Shown one piece after another: positions 47,763-57,815 of a stretch of DNA of 64,000 bases (positions are counted from its first letter, which is position 1; each line of letters opens with the position of its first letter). The position numbers and the translations under genes are program-made. The stretch is from an uncultured Eubacteriales bacterium. GTDB taxonomy: Bacteria > Acidobacteriota > Aminicenantia > Aminicenantales > Aminicenantaceae. Under the pieces are notes generated by a model, which worked only from the letters and a program-made list of their open reading frames with translations, ran no database searches and was not told the DNA's origin. Where the stretch lies: assembly GCA_964514305.1 (NCBI GenBank), contig CAZEQD010000002.1:21346-85345 (forward strand). Reading direction: 5' to 3'.

Positions 47763-49073
47763 ATGTTGGGGAATTTAAAAATTAGAATTGCTTTTGTTGC
47801 CTTTCCTCTCCTTTGGTTAACTCTAACCGCCAGAGCCGTTGATAAACAGACGGCTTTACTCATAGATAAAGAGATAGAAAAACGTAAAATTGAAATTATA
47901 AAAATTCGCCGTTTTCTCCATATGAACCCAGAATTGAGCAACCGAGAATATCAGACAAGCAAATTGATCGCTTCCAAACTTATATCCTGGGGATTAGAAG
48001 TCAAGACAGGCATAGCCAAAACAGGAGTTACAGGTTTACTCAGGGGCAGCGAAGAAGGACTGACTGTAGCTTTAAGAGCTGACATGGATGCCCTGCCCAT
48101 TCAGGAATTAGCAGAAGTGCCTTATAAATCACTAAACCCAGGAGTAATGCATGCTTGCGGCCACGATATTCATACTTCTATCGCCCTAGGCGTAGCCTTG
48201 GTTCTTAATAATCTCAAAGATCATATGAAAGGGAATATAAAATTTATTTTTCAACCAGCAGAAGAAGGCCCTCCTCCTGGCGAAGAAGGAGGAGCAGCTC
48301 TAATGATAAAAGAGGGTGTTCTCGACAATCCTCCAGTAAGAGCTATCTTTGCCCTTCATGTTTGGCCTCAAGACTTAGGCCAAGTCTTCTTTTCCTCCGG
48401 GCCAATATTGGCGGCGGCCGATCGCTTTCAGATTGTAATTAAAGGTAAAAGCGCTCATGCTGCTAGACCTTATGAAGGGATTGATGCCATCACTCTAGCC
48501 GCTCAAATTATTGTCGATATCCAGTCAATTATAAGCCGAATGGTCGATCCTAATGATCCAGCCGTCATTACCATCGGTAAAATTCAAGGAGGAACAAGGG
48601 CTAATATTGTAGCCGACGAAGTTCGTCTTGAAGGGACAATTCGAACCTTGAGTGAGGCTAATAGAAAACGGATCCCGCTTTTAATCGAAAATATAGTCAG
48701 GGGAATAACAGAAGCTTTTGCTGCTCAATACAGTTTTAAATTCCAGCCTGGTACACCTCCTGTCTATAATCATCCTGAATTAGCCAAACTTATGCTGCCC
48801 ACCCTGGACCATCTTTTGGGAGAGAATAATGTCAAAGACATAAAGCCGCAGTTGGTAGCTGAAGATTTTGCATATTATTGCCAGAAAATCCCCGGACTTT
48901 ACTTCTTTTTAGGCGTTAAAAACCCTCAACAAGAAACAATGGCTCCGCTCCATAGTCCCTATTTTAATCCTGACGAAAGAAGTATTCCTCTGGGTATAAA
49001 AGTCATGTCTCATCTTCTTTTAGATTGTCTCCAGCATCAAAGTACTCTGGCCGTAAATAACTCCCTCTTCTGA
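47763..49073 (+). CDS. M20D-family amidohydrolase (N-acyl-L-amino-acid amidohydrolase / hippurate hydrolase-like), secreted
   Basis: Signal peptide, MHACGHDIHTS metal-binding motif, and GTIRTLSE dimerisation region; 436 aa. Confidence 0.8.
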   Translation: MLGNLKIRIAFVAFPLLWLTLTARAVDKQTALLIDKEIEKRKIEIIKIRRFLHMNPELSNREYQTSKLIASKLISWGLEVKTGIAKTGVTGLLRGSEEGLTVALRADMDALPIQELAEVPYKSLNPGVMHACGHDIHTSIALGVALVLNNLKDHMKGNIKFIFQPAEEGPPPGEEGGAALMIKEGVLDNPPVRAIFALHVWPQDLGQVFFSSGPILAAADRFQIVIKGKSAHAARPYEGIDAITLAAQIIVDIQSIISRMVDPNDPAVITIGKIQGGTRANIVADEVRLEGTIRTLSEANRKRIPLLIENIVRGITEAFAAQYSFKFQPGTPPVYNHPELAKLMLPTLDHLLGENNVKDIKPQLVAEDFAYYCQKIPGLYFFLGVKNPQQETMAPLHSPYFNPDERSIPLGIKVMSHLLLDCLQHQSTLAVNNSLF

Positions 49074-49079
49074 TAAATA

Positions 49080-51458
49080 ATGGCTTTCCCCTTCCTTTTT
49101 TTAAGCCTGTCTTTAGCTGCAGGCATCCTTTTCTTCCATTATCTTTGCCCTTCCTTGCCAACCATCATAGCTTTATTTGGAGTAAGTCTAATTTCAGCTT
49201 GGATCTTTTACTTTTTTAAAAGAAACAAGAGATGTTTGACCTTTATTCTTCTGTCTACTCTTTTCCTGGGTGCAAGCTTGCTGGGACTAGTTGATAAAAA
49301 CTTTAACCAAAACTCTCTTCATAACCTCCACTATGAAGATTATATCGACTTCTACGGCACTTTGGCTAAATCGCCTTCTCTCGGTCAGGATAAATTTTGG
49401 TTGCTATTAAAAGTTGAGAGAGCCTCTTTCCAGAAAAAAGAAAAAAAAATTAAAGGAAATCTAAGGATTACTGTCTATAATTCTTCTCCCTCTATCTCCG
49501 CCAGAAACCTTCTGGTCGGCGATAAAATTAAAGTTTCAGCCTGCTTAACTTCTTCTCGAGGTTTTAGAAATTTCAACAGACCTTCACTCAATCTTTATCT
49601 TAAAACTCAAAAAATTCATAGGCGGGCCATTAGCAAAAGCCCGTTGCTAATAGAAAAAATTAAATCAGGAAAAAGGTTCTCTCTTTTAAGAGCTATTTCC
49701 TGGCTCCGCCAGAGCCTCCAACAAAAAATTGAGGAACATTTCCCATCCTCTGCCGCCTCCCTCTCTGTCCAAGGAGCAGTCCTGGAAGCTCTCCTTTTAG
49801 GAGAAAGAAATCGCCTGAATAATTCAACCTCCAGGGCTCTGCAGAACGCCGGAATTTACCATCTTATGGCTATCTCCGGGGCCCATATTGCTATAATTTC
49901 TTTCTTTTTCTTTTCTATCCTCAAATTATTTAGAGTCCCTGAAAGGTTATCATATATGCTGCTTATGCCTTTCTTGGTCTTTTTTGCTCTTCTGGTGGAA
50001 GGGCGACCTTCGGTTATGAGAGCTACCATCATGGCCTTAGCCTATCTTCTGGGAAAAATCATCTGGTCTGATGTTAACCTGATTAATACTATTTCCATTA
50101 GCGCCTTCTTTCTCCTGCTGCTTAATCCTTTCAGTCTTTTTAACGTTGGTTTTCAGCTTACCTTTGCCGCTACCCTGTCTATCATCCTCTTTTTTCCCAA
50201 AATTATAAAATATCTGCCCCGGCTACCTTTCAGAATAAGTGAAATTTTCTGCCTTTCCCTTACAGCCCAACTGGGAATCATACCTATTGTGGCCGCTGTT
50301 TTTCATAGAGTTACTTTCTCCGCTATTGTTCTTAATTATGCGGCCTTACCTCTAGTGGCAGTGATTATGGCAGGCGGCTATATTTTCCTTATTTTCTCCT
50401 TTTTTAGTTTCTGGCTGAGCCATCTTCTGGCTAAATTTATTTCCCTGAGCATCAATCTCTTAATCAGAACCTCTCACAGCCTAGACTGGCTACCTTTTGT
50501 CTCCTACCGCTTACCCAGCCCTCATTTACTGACAATCATATCTTATTTTGCCTTTCTTTTGCTTTTTCTAATCTCTTTTAAGGCAAAAAGACATAAATTA
50601 TGGTTATCTTTTTGTTTCCTAGCTGTCTTCTTTATTTTAATTTATTATCCTTTTCCTTCCTCCTTTTCTCCCGGACTTAAACTGACTGTCCTTGATGTTG
50701 GTCAGGGTGAATCTATTCTTGTTGAATTTCCGGGACGGAAAAAAATGTTAATTGATGGCGGCGGGCTGCAACAAGAAACATATGATATTGGGGAAAACGT
50801 GGTTTCCCCTTTCCTCTGGAAAAAAGGGATAAAAAAAATAGACTATTTAGTTTTAACTCATGCTCACCCTGACCACTTGAATGGACTGAGAGCTGTGGCC
50901 AGAAATTTCAAAATAAATGAATTCTGGGAAGCCTTAAGTCCTTTAAAAAATAAAACCTACCAAGAATTCAAACGCCTCCTCCCCCCCGCTAACCGCCAGA
51001 AGAGGATGTTTAGAGGAGAAGTACATAAAGAAGGATCGACAATAATTAGTGTCCTTCATCCAGCCCGCCAAAATCCCTATGTGGTTAAAGTTGACAATGA
51101 CCAATCCCTAGTCTTAAGACTTACCTACGGCCAAACCTCTTTTCTCCTACCAGGAGATATCGGCACCAAAGCTGAAAAAGAAATCCTAGAGACAGGACTC
51201 GAAATCCAAAGTCAGCTCTTAAAATCTCCTCATCATGGTAGCAAGACTTCAAGCTCAGCCGTCTTTTTAGAAAAAGTTAAGCCCCAACTTGTAATTATTT
51301 CTGTAGGCAAGGGGAATAGATATGGATTTCCTAATAAAGAAGTCTTGGCCAGGTATAAACAATTTGGCCTTAAAATTTACCGCACTGATCTTGATGGAGC
51401 AGTTGAGGCTTTATCTGATGGCCACAAAATATCAACCCGAACTTCGGTTATCCGCTAA
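49080..51458 (+). CDS. comEC: DNA internalization-related competence protein ComEC/Rec2 with C-terminal metallo-beta-lactamase domain
   Basis: N-terminal DUF4131-like TM region, competence core (HLMAISGAHIAII), C-terminal MBL domain (LVLTHAHPDHLNGL, SPHHGSK); 792 aa. Confidence 0.85.
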   Translation: MAFPFLFLSLSLAAGILFFHYLCPSLPTIIALFGVSLISAWIFYFFKRNKRCLTFILLSTLFLGASLLGLVDKNFNQNSLHNLHYEDYIDFYGTLAKSPSLGQDKFWLLLKVERASFQKKEKKIKGNLRITVYNSSPSISARNLLVGDKIKVSACLTSSRGFRNFNRPSLNLYLKTQKIHRRAISKSPLLIEKIKSGKRFSLLRAISWLRQSLQQKIEEHFPSSAASLSVQGAVLEALLLGERNRLNNSTSRALQNAGIYHLMAISGAHIAIISFFFFSILKLFRVPERLSYMLLMPFLVFFALLVEGRPSVMRATIMALAYLLGKIIWSDVNLINTISISAFFLLLLNPFSLFNVGFQLTFAATLSIILFFPKIIKYLPRLPFRISEIFCLSLTAQLGIIPIVAAVFHRVTFSAIVLNYAALPLVAVIMAGGYIFLIFSFFSFWLSHLLAKFISLSINLLIRTSHSLDWLPFVSYRLPSPHLLTIISYFAFLLLFLISFKAKRHKLWLSFCFLAVFFILIYYPFPSSFSPGLKLTVLDVGQGESILVEFPGRKKMLIDGGGLQQETYDIGENVVSPFLWKKGIKKIDYLVLTHAHPDHLNGLRAVARNFKINEFWEALSPLKNKTYQEFKRLLPPANRQKRMFRGEVHKEGSTIISVLHPARQNPYVVKVDNDQSLVLRLTYGQTSFLLPGDIGTKAEKEILETGLEIQSQLLKSPHHGSKTSSSAVFLEKVKPQLVIISVGKGNRYGFPNKEVLARYKQFGLKIYRTDLDGAVEALSDGHKISTRTSVIR

Positions 51459-51482
51459 TGGAATTATTAACTAAATTTATCT

Positions 51483-51510
51483 TTGACTTAAAGACTTAAA
51501 TCTATATAAT
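51483..51510 (+). promoter_or_regulatory. Putative sigma-70 promoter (TTGACT-N16-TATAAT) upstream of the BNR/sortilin gene
   Basis: ttgacttaaagacttaaatctatataat; the downstream RBS aaggagg precedes ATG 51587. Confidence 0.35.
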
Positions 51511-51586
51511 TTAATTACAACCATTGTTTATAAATGAATTTTCTTATCTGAAGGAAAAAATCATCTTAGCTTAAGGAGGAATTTAA

Positions 51587-54500
51587 ATGAAAAAAGGAGG
51601 CATTTTTCGCTTTTTAGCCATTATTGGCCTAGGCTTGCTCATCTTTTTTCCTCTGGAAGCCAAAAAAACCCAGAAAAAAACAGGGCCGCTCCTCAAAGAG
51701 TCTATCCTTAATAGCCTTAAATGGAGATGTATTGGGCCGGCTAATATGGGCGGCCGCATTGATGATTTTGCTGTAGTCGAATCCAACCCAAACGTCATCT
51801 ATGTGGCTACAGCCTCGGGCGGAGTCTGGAAGACAATTAACAATGGGGTCACTTGGCAACCTATTTTTGACCAAGAAATTACCAGCTCCATTGGAGACGT
51901 GACGGTAGCCCCTTCTAACCCTAATATTGTCTGGGTAGGAACAGGGGAAGCTAATAACAGGCAAAGTTCTTCCTGGGGGAATGGAGTTTATAAATCAACT
52001 GATGGAGGCTTAACCTGGAAGAATATGGGGCTTAAAGATAGCCATCACATAGGTAGAATTGCTATTCATCCTGCTAATCCTGATATTGTCTATGTGGCTG
52101 CTTTGGGTCATCTTTGGGGACCAAACCAAGAGAGAGGTCTTTTCAAAACCGAAGATGGGGGAAAGACCTGGAAGAAAACACTTTTTATCGATGCTAACAC
52201 TGGCTGTGTGGATGTAGCTATAGATCCTCAAAGTCCTAATATCGTCTATGCAGCCGCTTACCAGCGCCGGCGGCGGGGCTGGGGGTTCAACGGCGGAGGG
52301 CCTGGCAGCGCTATTTATAAAAGCATAGATGGGGGCGAGACTTGGGTTCGACTGACAAACGGCCTGCCTTCAGGAATTATAGGCCGCATCGGCCTTGATA
52401 TTTACCGCAGCCATCCCAATATAGTATATGCTATCATTGAACATAAACAAGGAGGGGTCTTCCGTTCAGAAGACAGAGGGCTTACTTGGAAAAAAATGTC
52501 AAGTACTAACCCTCGCCCTATGTATTACAGTCAGATAAGAATCGACCCTAACAATGATCAAAGAATTTGGGTTTTAGGGGCAGCTATGTATGTCTCTGAA
52601 GACGGTGGTAAAACATTCAGAACGGACTATGTCCGGCGGACCCATGGTGATTATCATGCAATGTGGATAAATCCTTCCAATTCTAATCATATGATTGTCG
52701 GTTCTGATGGAGGCATCTACTTTTCTTATGACAAAGGCCGCAGCTGGGACTTTATTAACTGTTTACCCATTGGACAATTCTATGAGATAGGTTATGATTT
52801 ACGTCAGCCATTTTATTATATTTATGGAGGCCTCCAGGATAACGGCAGCTGGGGAGGCCCTAGTGGCACTTGGTATAGGGAGGGTATAACCAACGAGGAA
52901 TGGATAAAAATCGGAGGAGGCGACGGCTTTTATACTCAGGTTGATCCTACTAACTACAATATAATCTATGCCGAATCGCAAAACGGCAACCTCTTCCGTT
53001 TTGATTTAAGAACAGGCGAAAGTAAATCGATCAGGCCGGAGCCTGAAGATGAGAAAGAAGTTTACCGCTTTAACTGGAATTCGCCAATCTTAATATCTCC
53101 CCACGACCCTAAGACCATTTATTATGGAGGAAATAAGTTATTTATCTCTAGAGACAGAGGAGAAACGTGGACAGCCACCGAAGATCTAACCACCCAGCAG
53201 GATAGAGAAAAGCTACCTTTAATGGGAGTTCTTCCTGACAAAAACACTCTCTCAAAGCATGATGGCATTGCCTATTATGGAGACATTACCACCATATCTG
53301 AATCTCCTTTAAAACAAGGTTTACTTTATGTCGGAACTGATGATGGCAATCTCCAAGTTTCCCGCGATGGAGGAAAAACATGGCAGAACGTCATTAGCAG
53401 AGTGCCTGGAGTGCCAAAATACACTTACGTCAGTCGCCTGGTTGCTTCCCGGTTTGAAGAAGGAACAGTCTATGCTACCTTTGATGGACATCGAAATGAT
53501 GATTTCAAACCTTATGTTTTCATGAGCACTGATTATGGCCAAACCTGGAAAAATATTAGCAACAATTTGCCTATGGGAGGAACAGTTAATGTCATCAGAG
53601 AACATCCACGCCAAGCTAACCTTCTATTTGTAGGCACTGAACGCGGCGCTTATTTTTCTATAGATAGAGGCAGCTACTGGCTAAAATTCAAAGGCAACCT
53701 GCCCACTGTCCCCGTCGATGACATTGCCATTCATCCCCAAAAAAATGATTTGATTTTTGGCACCCATGGACGAAGCATTTGGATCTTAGATGATATCACC
53801 CCTCTAGAAGAACTCAGTCAGAAAGTACTTAATTCTCCATTTTTCCTCTTTGACATCCATCCGGCTCTAATTTTTCACCCTTTTTCCCACAAAGGAAATT
53901 TAGGGCACAAATTCTTTGTCGCTCCCAATCCTCCATTTGGAGCTATCATCAACTATTATCTAAAGGAAGGTAATCAAAAAGATGTAAAAATTATCATCAA
54001 CGATAGTCAAGGCCAAAAAATAAGAGAACTCTCAGCTCCTTCTCAACCAGGTATAAACAGGATTACTTGGGATCTTAGATATGAACCTCCTGTCACTGGG
54101 TTAGAAGGTCAAGCAAGACGTTATTTCAGAGCTTCAGGCCCTTTTGTTCTGCCTGGAGTCTACCAGGTGATTCTTCAAGTTGGGGGCCAACAGATGAAAA
54201 AAGAAGTCAAGGTTGAAGGTGATCCCAGAATTAATATATCTTTCGAAGATAGAAAAGCCCAGCATGATGCCCTTTATACCATCTATAAACTTTATCCTAT
54301 TTTGAGCCAAGCCAGTAAGGCTACTAATAACATTAGAGGAGAAATACGTAAATTAGGGGACTCTCTCCAGAAAGTTCCTAACCTTCCTCAAGCTATAAAA
54401 GACCAAATTAAGGCTATCTCTCAACAAATAGATGGGATAAGATTAAAATTATTCGGCGATCCCAAATTAGGTTATCGGGGTATGCGCTATTCAATACGAG

Positions 54501-54715
54501 GAAGGCTATTTCTTCTCTATCGCTCCTTAGGAAGTTATACAGGTGCACCCTCTAAACGGCAGCTAGAGCAAATAAATCAAAAAGAAGCTGAACTGAAAAC
54601 TGTTATAAACAGCCTCAACCGCCTAATCGAAGAAGATATTCCCCGCCTGAACAAACTCATGAATGAACAGGGTATCCCCCGCCTTTTTCCAGGGAAAAAG
54701 ATAGAAATTCATTAA
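51587..54715 (+). CDS. Secreted BNR/Asp-box repeat protein, sortilin/VPS10-like (glycoside-hydrolase-like beta-propellers), 1042 aa
   Basis: Signal peptide, then at least 10 Asp-box S-x-D-x-G-x-T-W repeats (STDGGLTWK, TEDGGKTWK, SIDGGETWV, SEDRGLTWK, SEDGGKTFR, SYDKGRSWD, SRDRGETWT, SRDGGKTWQ, STDYGQTWK). Confidence 0.75.
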   Translation: MKKGGIFRFLAIIGLGLLIFFPLEAKKTQKKTGPLLKESILNSLKWRCIGPANMGGRIDDFAVVESNPNVIYVATASGGVWKTINNGVTWQPIFDQEITSSIGDVTVAPSNPNIVWVGTGEANNRQSSSWGNGVYKSTDGGLTWKNMGLKDSHHIGRIAIHPANPDIVYVAALGHLWGPNQERGLFKTEDGGKTWKKTLFIDANTGCVDVAIDPQSPNIVYAAAYQRRRRGWGFNGGGPGSAIYKSIDGGETWVRLTNGLPSGIIGRIGLDIYRSHPNIVYAIIEHKQGGVFRSEDRGLTWKKMSSTNPRPMYYSQIRIDPNNDQRIWVLGAAMYVSEDGGKTFRTDYVRRTHGDYHAMWINPSNSNHMIVGSDGGIYFSYDKGRSWDFINCLPIGQFYEIGYDLRQPFYYIYGGLQDNGSWGGPSGTWYREGITNEEWIKIGGGDGFYTQVDPTNYNIIYAESQNGNLFRFDLRTGESKSIRPEPEDEKEVYRFNWNSPILISPHDPKTIYYGGNKLFISRDRGETWTATEDLTTQQDREKLPLMGVLPDKNTLSKHDGIAYYGDITTISESPLKQGLLYVGTDDGNLQVSRDGGKTWQNVISRVPGVPKYTYVSRLVASRFEEGTVYATFDGHRNDDFKPYVFMSTDYGQTWKNISNNLPMGGTVNVIREHPRQANLLFVGTERGAYFSIDRGSYWLKFKGNLPTVPVDDIAIHPQKNDLIFGTHGRSIWILDDITPLEELSQKVLNSPFFLFDIHPALIFHPFSHKGNLGHKFFVAPNPPFGAIINYYLKEGNQKDVKIIINDSQGQKIRELSAPSQPGINRITWDLRYEPPVTGLEGQARRYFRASGPFVLPGVYQVILQVGGQQMKKEVKVEGDPRINISFEDRKAQHDALYTIYKLYPILSQASKATNNIRGEIRKLGDSLQKVPNLPQAIKDQIKAISQQIDGIRLKLFGDPKLGYRGMRYSIRGRLFLLYRSLGSYTGAPSKRQLEQINQKEAELKTVINSLNRLIEEDIPRLNKLMNEQGIPRLFPGKKIEIH

Positions 54716-54800
54716 GCTAACAGCGGCGCCAGAATCTTTACATAAGTTATTGTCTTTTTTATAATAGCTGTTGAATTTTCTCTAAGAATGGAGGAACTAA

Positions 54801-55667
54801 ATGAGATCAAAATTTTTAAGAGCCGCTATTTTAGCTTTAATTCCTTTAATGTTTTTTTCCTGCCAGAGGCAGGTCAAGGTTAAAGGAGTTTCTCTTCAGG
54901 TTAATTTTTCAGATCAGACTTTAACTGATAACCTCATGACTGATATTCAATATAAATGGAAAACCAGCCATGATTTCTTGAAATTGGATCGTGATTACAA
55001 AATATTTGTTCATTTCTGGCATAAAAATAACATGCTTTTTCAAGATGACCACTTTCCAGCCATTCCTACCTCAAGCTGGGAAGCTGATCAGGAATATTCA
55101 TATACCAGAAGAATTTACATACCATCTTTTATTGATGAATATGACCCTGAGTTTAAGGGAGAAGAAAGCCTGAGGTTATCTATTGGCTTTTATTCTCCCT
55201 ATGATAGGACTGGAAAATCAGCCCTTGAAGTCTCTAACAAAAAACTGAAGGTATTACCAGCTCCCCCTGATACGCCAGAAATTATCTACGAAGATGGTTG
55301 GTATAATCAAGAGAATAACCCTCACTCATTCCTCAAGCAATGGAGATGGACAGCCAAGGAAGCCCGGTGTTTGATTGACAACCCTCATCGCGACGCTCTT
55401 TTAGTCATAAAAGGAGGTATAAATCCTCAAGCTCTCAAAGAGCAAAAAGTAATTTTTAAAATCAATAACCTTATTCTGGATGAATTTATACCTAAAACAG
55501 ACCACTTTAAAAAATCATACAACATAAAAAAGGAAATGCTTGGCGAAAATGACGAATTTTATCTCACAATTGCTACAGATAAAACTTTTATACCGGCCAA
55601 AGTCCTGCCAAATTCCCAAGATACAAGAGAACTCGGCGTCCAGATTTCCTTTATCTACTTCAGGTAA
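54801..55667 (+). CDS. Hypothetical lipoprotein
   Basis: Signal peptide with lipobox (LMFFSCQ). I recognise no catalytic motif; 288 aa. Confidence 0.4.
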   Translation: MRSKFLRAAILALIPLMFFSCQRQVKVKGVSLQVNFSDQTLTDNLMTDIQYKWKTSHDFLKLDRDYKIFVHFWHKNNMLFQDDHFPAIPTSSWEADQEYSYTRRIYIPSFIDEYDPEFKGEESLRLSIGFYSPYDRTGKSALEVSNKKLKVLPAPPDTPEIIYEDGWYNQENNPHSFLKQWRWTAKEARCLIDNPHRDALLVIKGGINPQALKEQKVIFKINNLILDEFIPKTDHFKKSYNIKKEMLGENDEFYLTIATDKTFIPAKVLPNSQDTRELGVQISFIYFR

Positions 55668-55696
55668 AAGCCACACTTAAAAAGTAGTTTCTAGTC

Positions 55697-56227
55697 TTAT
55701 TTTTGGCTTTTAAGCTGGTTCAATTGTTGTTTGATTCTCTTCTCTTCTTCTTTGGTTGTCTTTAATCTCTGATTTGTCTGTTTAATACGCTTCTGAATAT
55801 TTACCTTAGGAATTGAATCATCCAGGCTGTAAAACTCCTGCCAGAGAGCATTGATTTTAAGCATCAGCAATTGGATATATTCTTTTGTCCGTTGCAGCTT
55901 CTCTTTAAGTTCTAAAGCAGAAATCTGATAATCCATTTTATCGGCCTCCATTTGGCTTTGAGGCTTACTTTTTACTGGCCTTATATTCTTCATCGGAGTT
56001 TTAATTTTCTTGGGTGATTCTTTAAGGACGATGGGTGGAGACACGACCACAGCCAGACGATTCTTGTGCTTAGCTAAATCAGCGTTGGTAATTATTATAC
56101 TCTTTTTTCTCTTAATCTTAGCTCTTCTCTCTTTCTCTTTCTGGGCAAGTTCCACCAGATTTTGAGCCAAAATTAGAGAAGTGGCTAAAATAAACATTAG
56201 AGACCAGGAAATTATTCTTTTGATCAT
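55697..56227 (-). CDS. Hypothetical secreted coiled-coil protein
   Basis: N-terminal signal/TM, then a Lys/Glu/Gln-rich coiled coil (EEEKRIKQQLNQLKSQK); low-complexity. Confidence 0.35.
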   Translation of the reverse strand: MIKRIISWSLMFILATSLILAQNLVELAQKEKERRAKIKRKKSIIITNADLAKHKNRLAVVVSPPIVLKESPKKIKTPMKNIRPVKSKPQSQMEADKMDYQISALELKEKLQRTKEYIQLLMLKINALWQEFYSLDDSIPKVNIQKRIKQTNQRLKTTKEEEKRIKQQLNQLKSQK

Positions 56228-56292
56228 TACTTTTATTAATATTATGCTACACTATGCCTTGCCAACTGTCAATTCCTGCGTTGACGCTTATG

Positions 56293-56420
56293 GGGTCAGA
56301 CCTTCATAAGTTTCATAACTTTAATTTTTACAATAATTCTAATAGCTTTTGTCCCTTACAAACCCACGAAATATATCAATAGAGAAGCATAATTTATGAA
56401 ACTTATGAAGGTCTGACCCC
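56293..56420. repeat. Perfect 27-bp inverted repeat separated by a 74-bp spacer (long hairpin/cruciform)
   Basis: ggggtcagaccttcataagtttcataa (56293-56319) and its exact reverse complement ttatgaaacttatgaaggtctgacccc (56394-56420). The pair is flanked by ...attcctgcg... on both sides (56270 and 56438). Confidence 0.8.
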
Positions 56421-56433
56421 CACAGCCTATATA

Positions 56434-56646
56434 GCATTCCTGCGGTAAACATCACCAAAACCACGATAACCAATAATGAAGAAGGTCACACTTATAGGCA
56501 GCAATTTTCCTCCATCCGAGCCTATAGTGGTGGGTGGGGGGTCTTGGCGAAGATGGAGGGAAATCGCTGCCAAAGTTCATTTCTTTATGGGGAATTTCAC
56601 TCCTCACGGTTCTAGGGATACTTTCATTCCTGCCTCAAACAAAAAA
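56434..56646 (+). repeat. Copy D of the dispersed ~175-bp structured repeat
   Basis: agcattcc...caccaaaaccacgataaccaataatgaagaag...gcagcaattttcctccatccgagcctatagtggtgggtggggggtcttggcgaagatggagggaaatcgctgcc...ctcctcacggttctagg. It lies upstream of lpxK. Confidence 0.7.
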
Positions 56647-56817
56647 GCATTTCTATATGAAAATTATTAAAAAAAGCTATTGGTCCCGCATTTAGAGATG
56701 CTTGCCTCAAATCTTGTCTCAAATACAGTTATTATTGGTCATTATGGAAATAATAACGCTTGCCTAAATTAGCCTCATCTTGAAAGAGAAAATAGAATAT
56801 AGTATAGTCCTCAAAGA

Positions 56818-57813
56818 ATGAATTTTCTCTTTTGGCTCTCATTTATTTACTGTGGAGTAAGCCGTTTCAGATACTTTTTATATTCTCTCCATTTTCTCAA
56901 ATCCAAAAAAGCTTCTCTACCTGTAATAAGTATTGGCAATCTTACTTTTGGTGGTTCAGGCAAAACTCCGTTAGCCATGGACATTTTATCTTTTCTTATA
57001 GAAAAAAATTATAAACCTGCCCTCCTAACTAGAGGCTATAAAGGCAATTGGGAAAAAAAGGGTGGTATTCTCTCAGACGGAGGCAAGATCCTGGGCAGCT
57101 GGCAGGATTGCGGTGATGAGCCATTTATGATTGCTAAAAATATAGCAAAAGCCGGCATCTTTGTTGGTAAAGATCGCTTCTCCTCAGCTCAAATGGCTGT
57201 TAAGCTTGGTTTTAATATTGCTCTCTTGGACGATGGTTTCCAGTACTATCCCCTCGCTCGCGATATCGATATAATCCTCTATGAAACTTCTCCTAATCTT
57301 CCCCGCAGGGAATTCGACTCTTCTCTTAAAAGAGCAGATTACATCCTGGTAGAAAAAGGGCTGAAGAAAGAGATGAAAAGAAAGAAATACATGGCCGGGA
57401 AAAATATTTATGAATATGAAATCAAAAGCAAAGGATTTTTTGAATTAGGAAATGAGGAAAAACAGATTCCTTTATCTAATTTAAAATCTAAAAAAGCCTT
57501 GGCTTTCTGTGCTATTGCCCGTCCTGAACGCTTTCTCCATTTGCTCCACCAACATGAAATCTATCCTTTATATCTTTTAAAATTTCCCGATCATCATTCT
57601 TATCCTTCATCTTCTATGGTAAAAATTTTTAAGACCGCCAAAAAACTTCAGGCCGAAATTTTAATTATGACTGAAAAAGATGCAGTTAAAGTAACTGAGA
57701 GTCTGCCCATGTTGGAAATTCCCAGCTTCTACTTAAAGATTGAACTAAAGCCAGAAAATAAATTCTATTCTCAGCTCCTTTCCTTTTTAAATGCTCATTT
57801 TTCGGGTCAATAA
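56818..57813 (+). CDS. lpxK: Tetraacyldisaccharide 4'-kinase
   Basis: VISIGNLTFGGSGKTPLAMDILSFL P-loop region typical of LpxK; 331 aa. Confidence 0.85.
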   Translation: MNFLFWLSFIYCGVSRFRYFLYSLHFLKSKKASLPVISIGNLTFGGSGKTPLAMDILSFLIEKNYKPALLTRGYKGNWEKKGGILSDGGKILGSWQDCGDEPFMIAKNIAKAGIFVGKDRFSSAQMAVKLGFNIALLDDGFQYYPLARDIDIILYETSPNLPRREFDSSLKRADYILVEKGLKKEMKRKKYMAGKNIYEYEIKSKGFFELGNEEKQIPLSNLKSKKALAFCAIARPERFLHLLHQHEIYPLYLLKFPDHHSYPSSSMVKIFKTAKKLQAEILIMTEKDAVKVTESLPMLEIPSFYLKIELKPENKFYSQLLSFLNAHFSGQ

Positions 57814-57815
57814 AA

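Noticed and set aside
56650-56817. Sigma-54 promoter upstream of lpxK (tggtcccgcatttagagatgcttgcctcaa / tggaaataataacgcttgcc)
   Set aside because: GG-to-GC spacing is ~19 and ~14 nt instead of the required 10, so neither matches the -24/-12 geometry.
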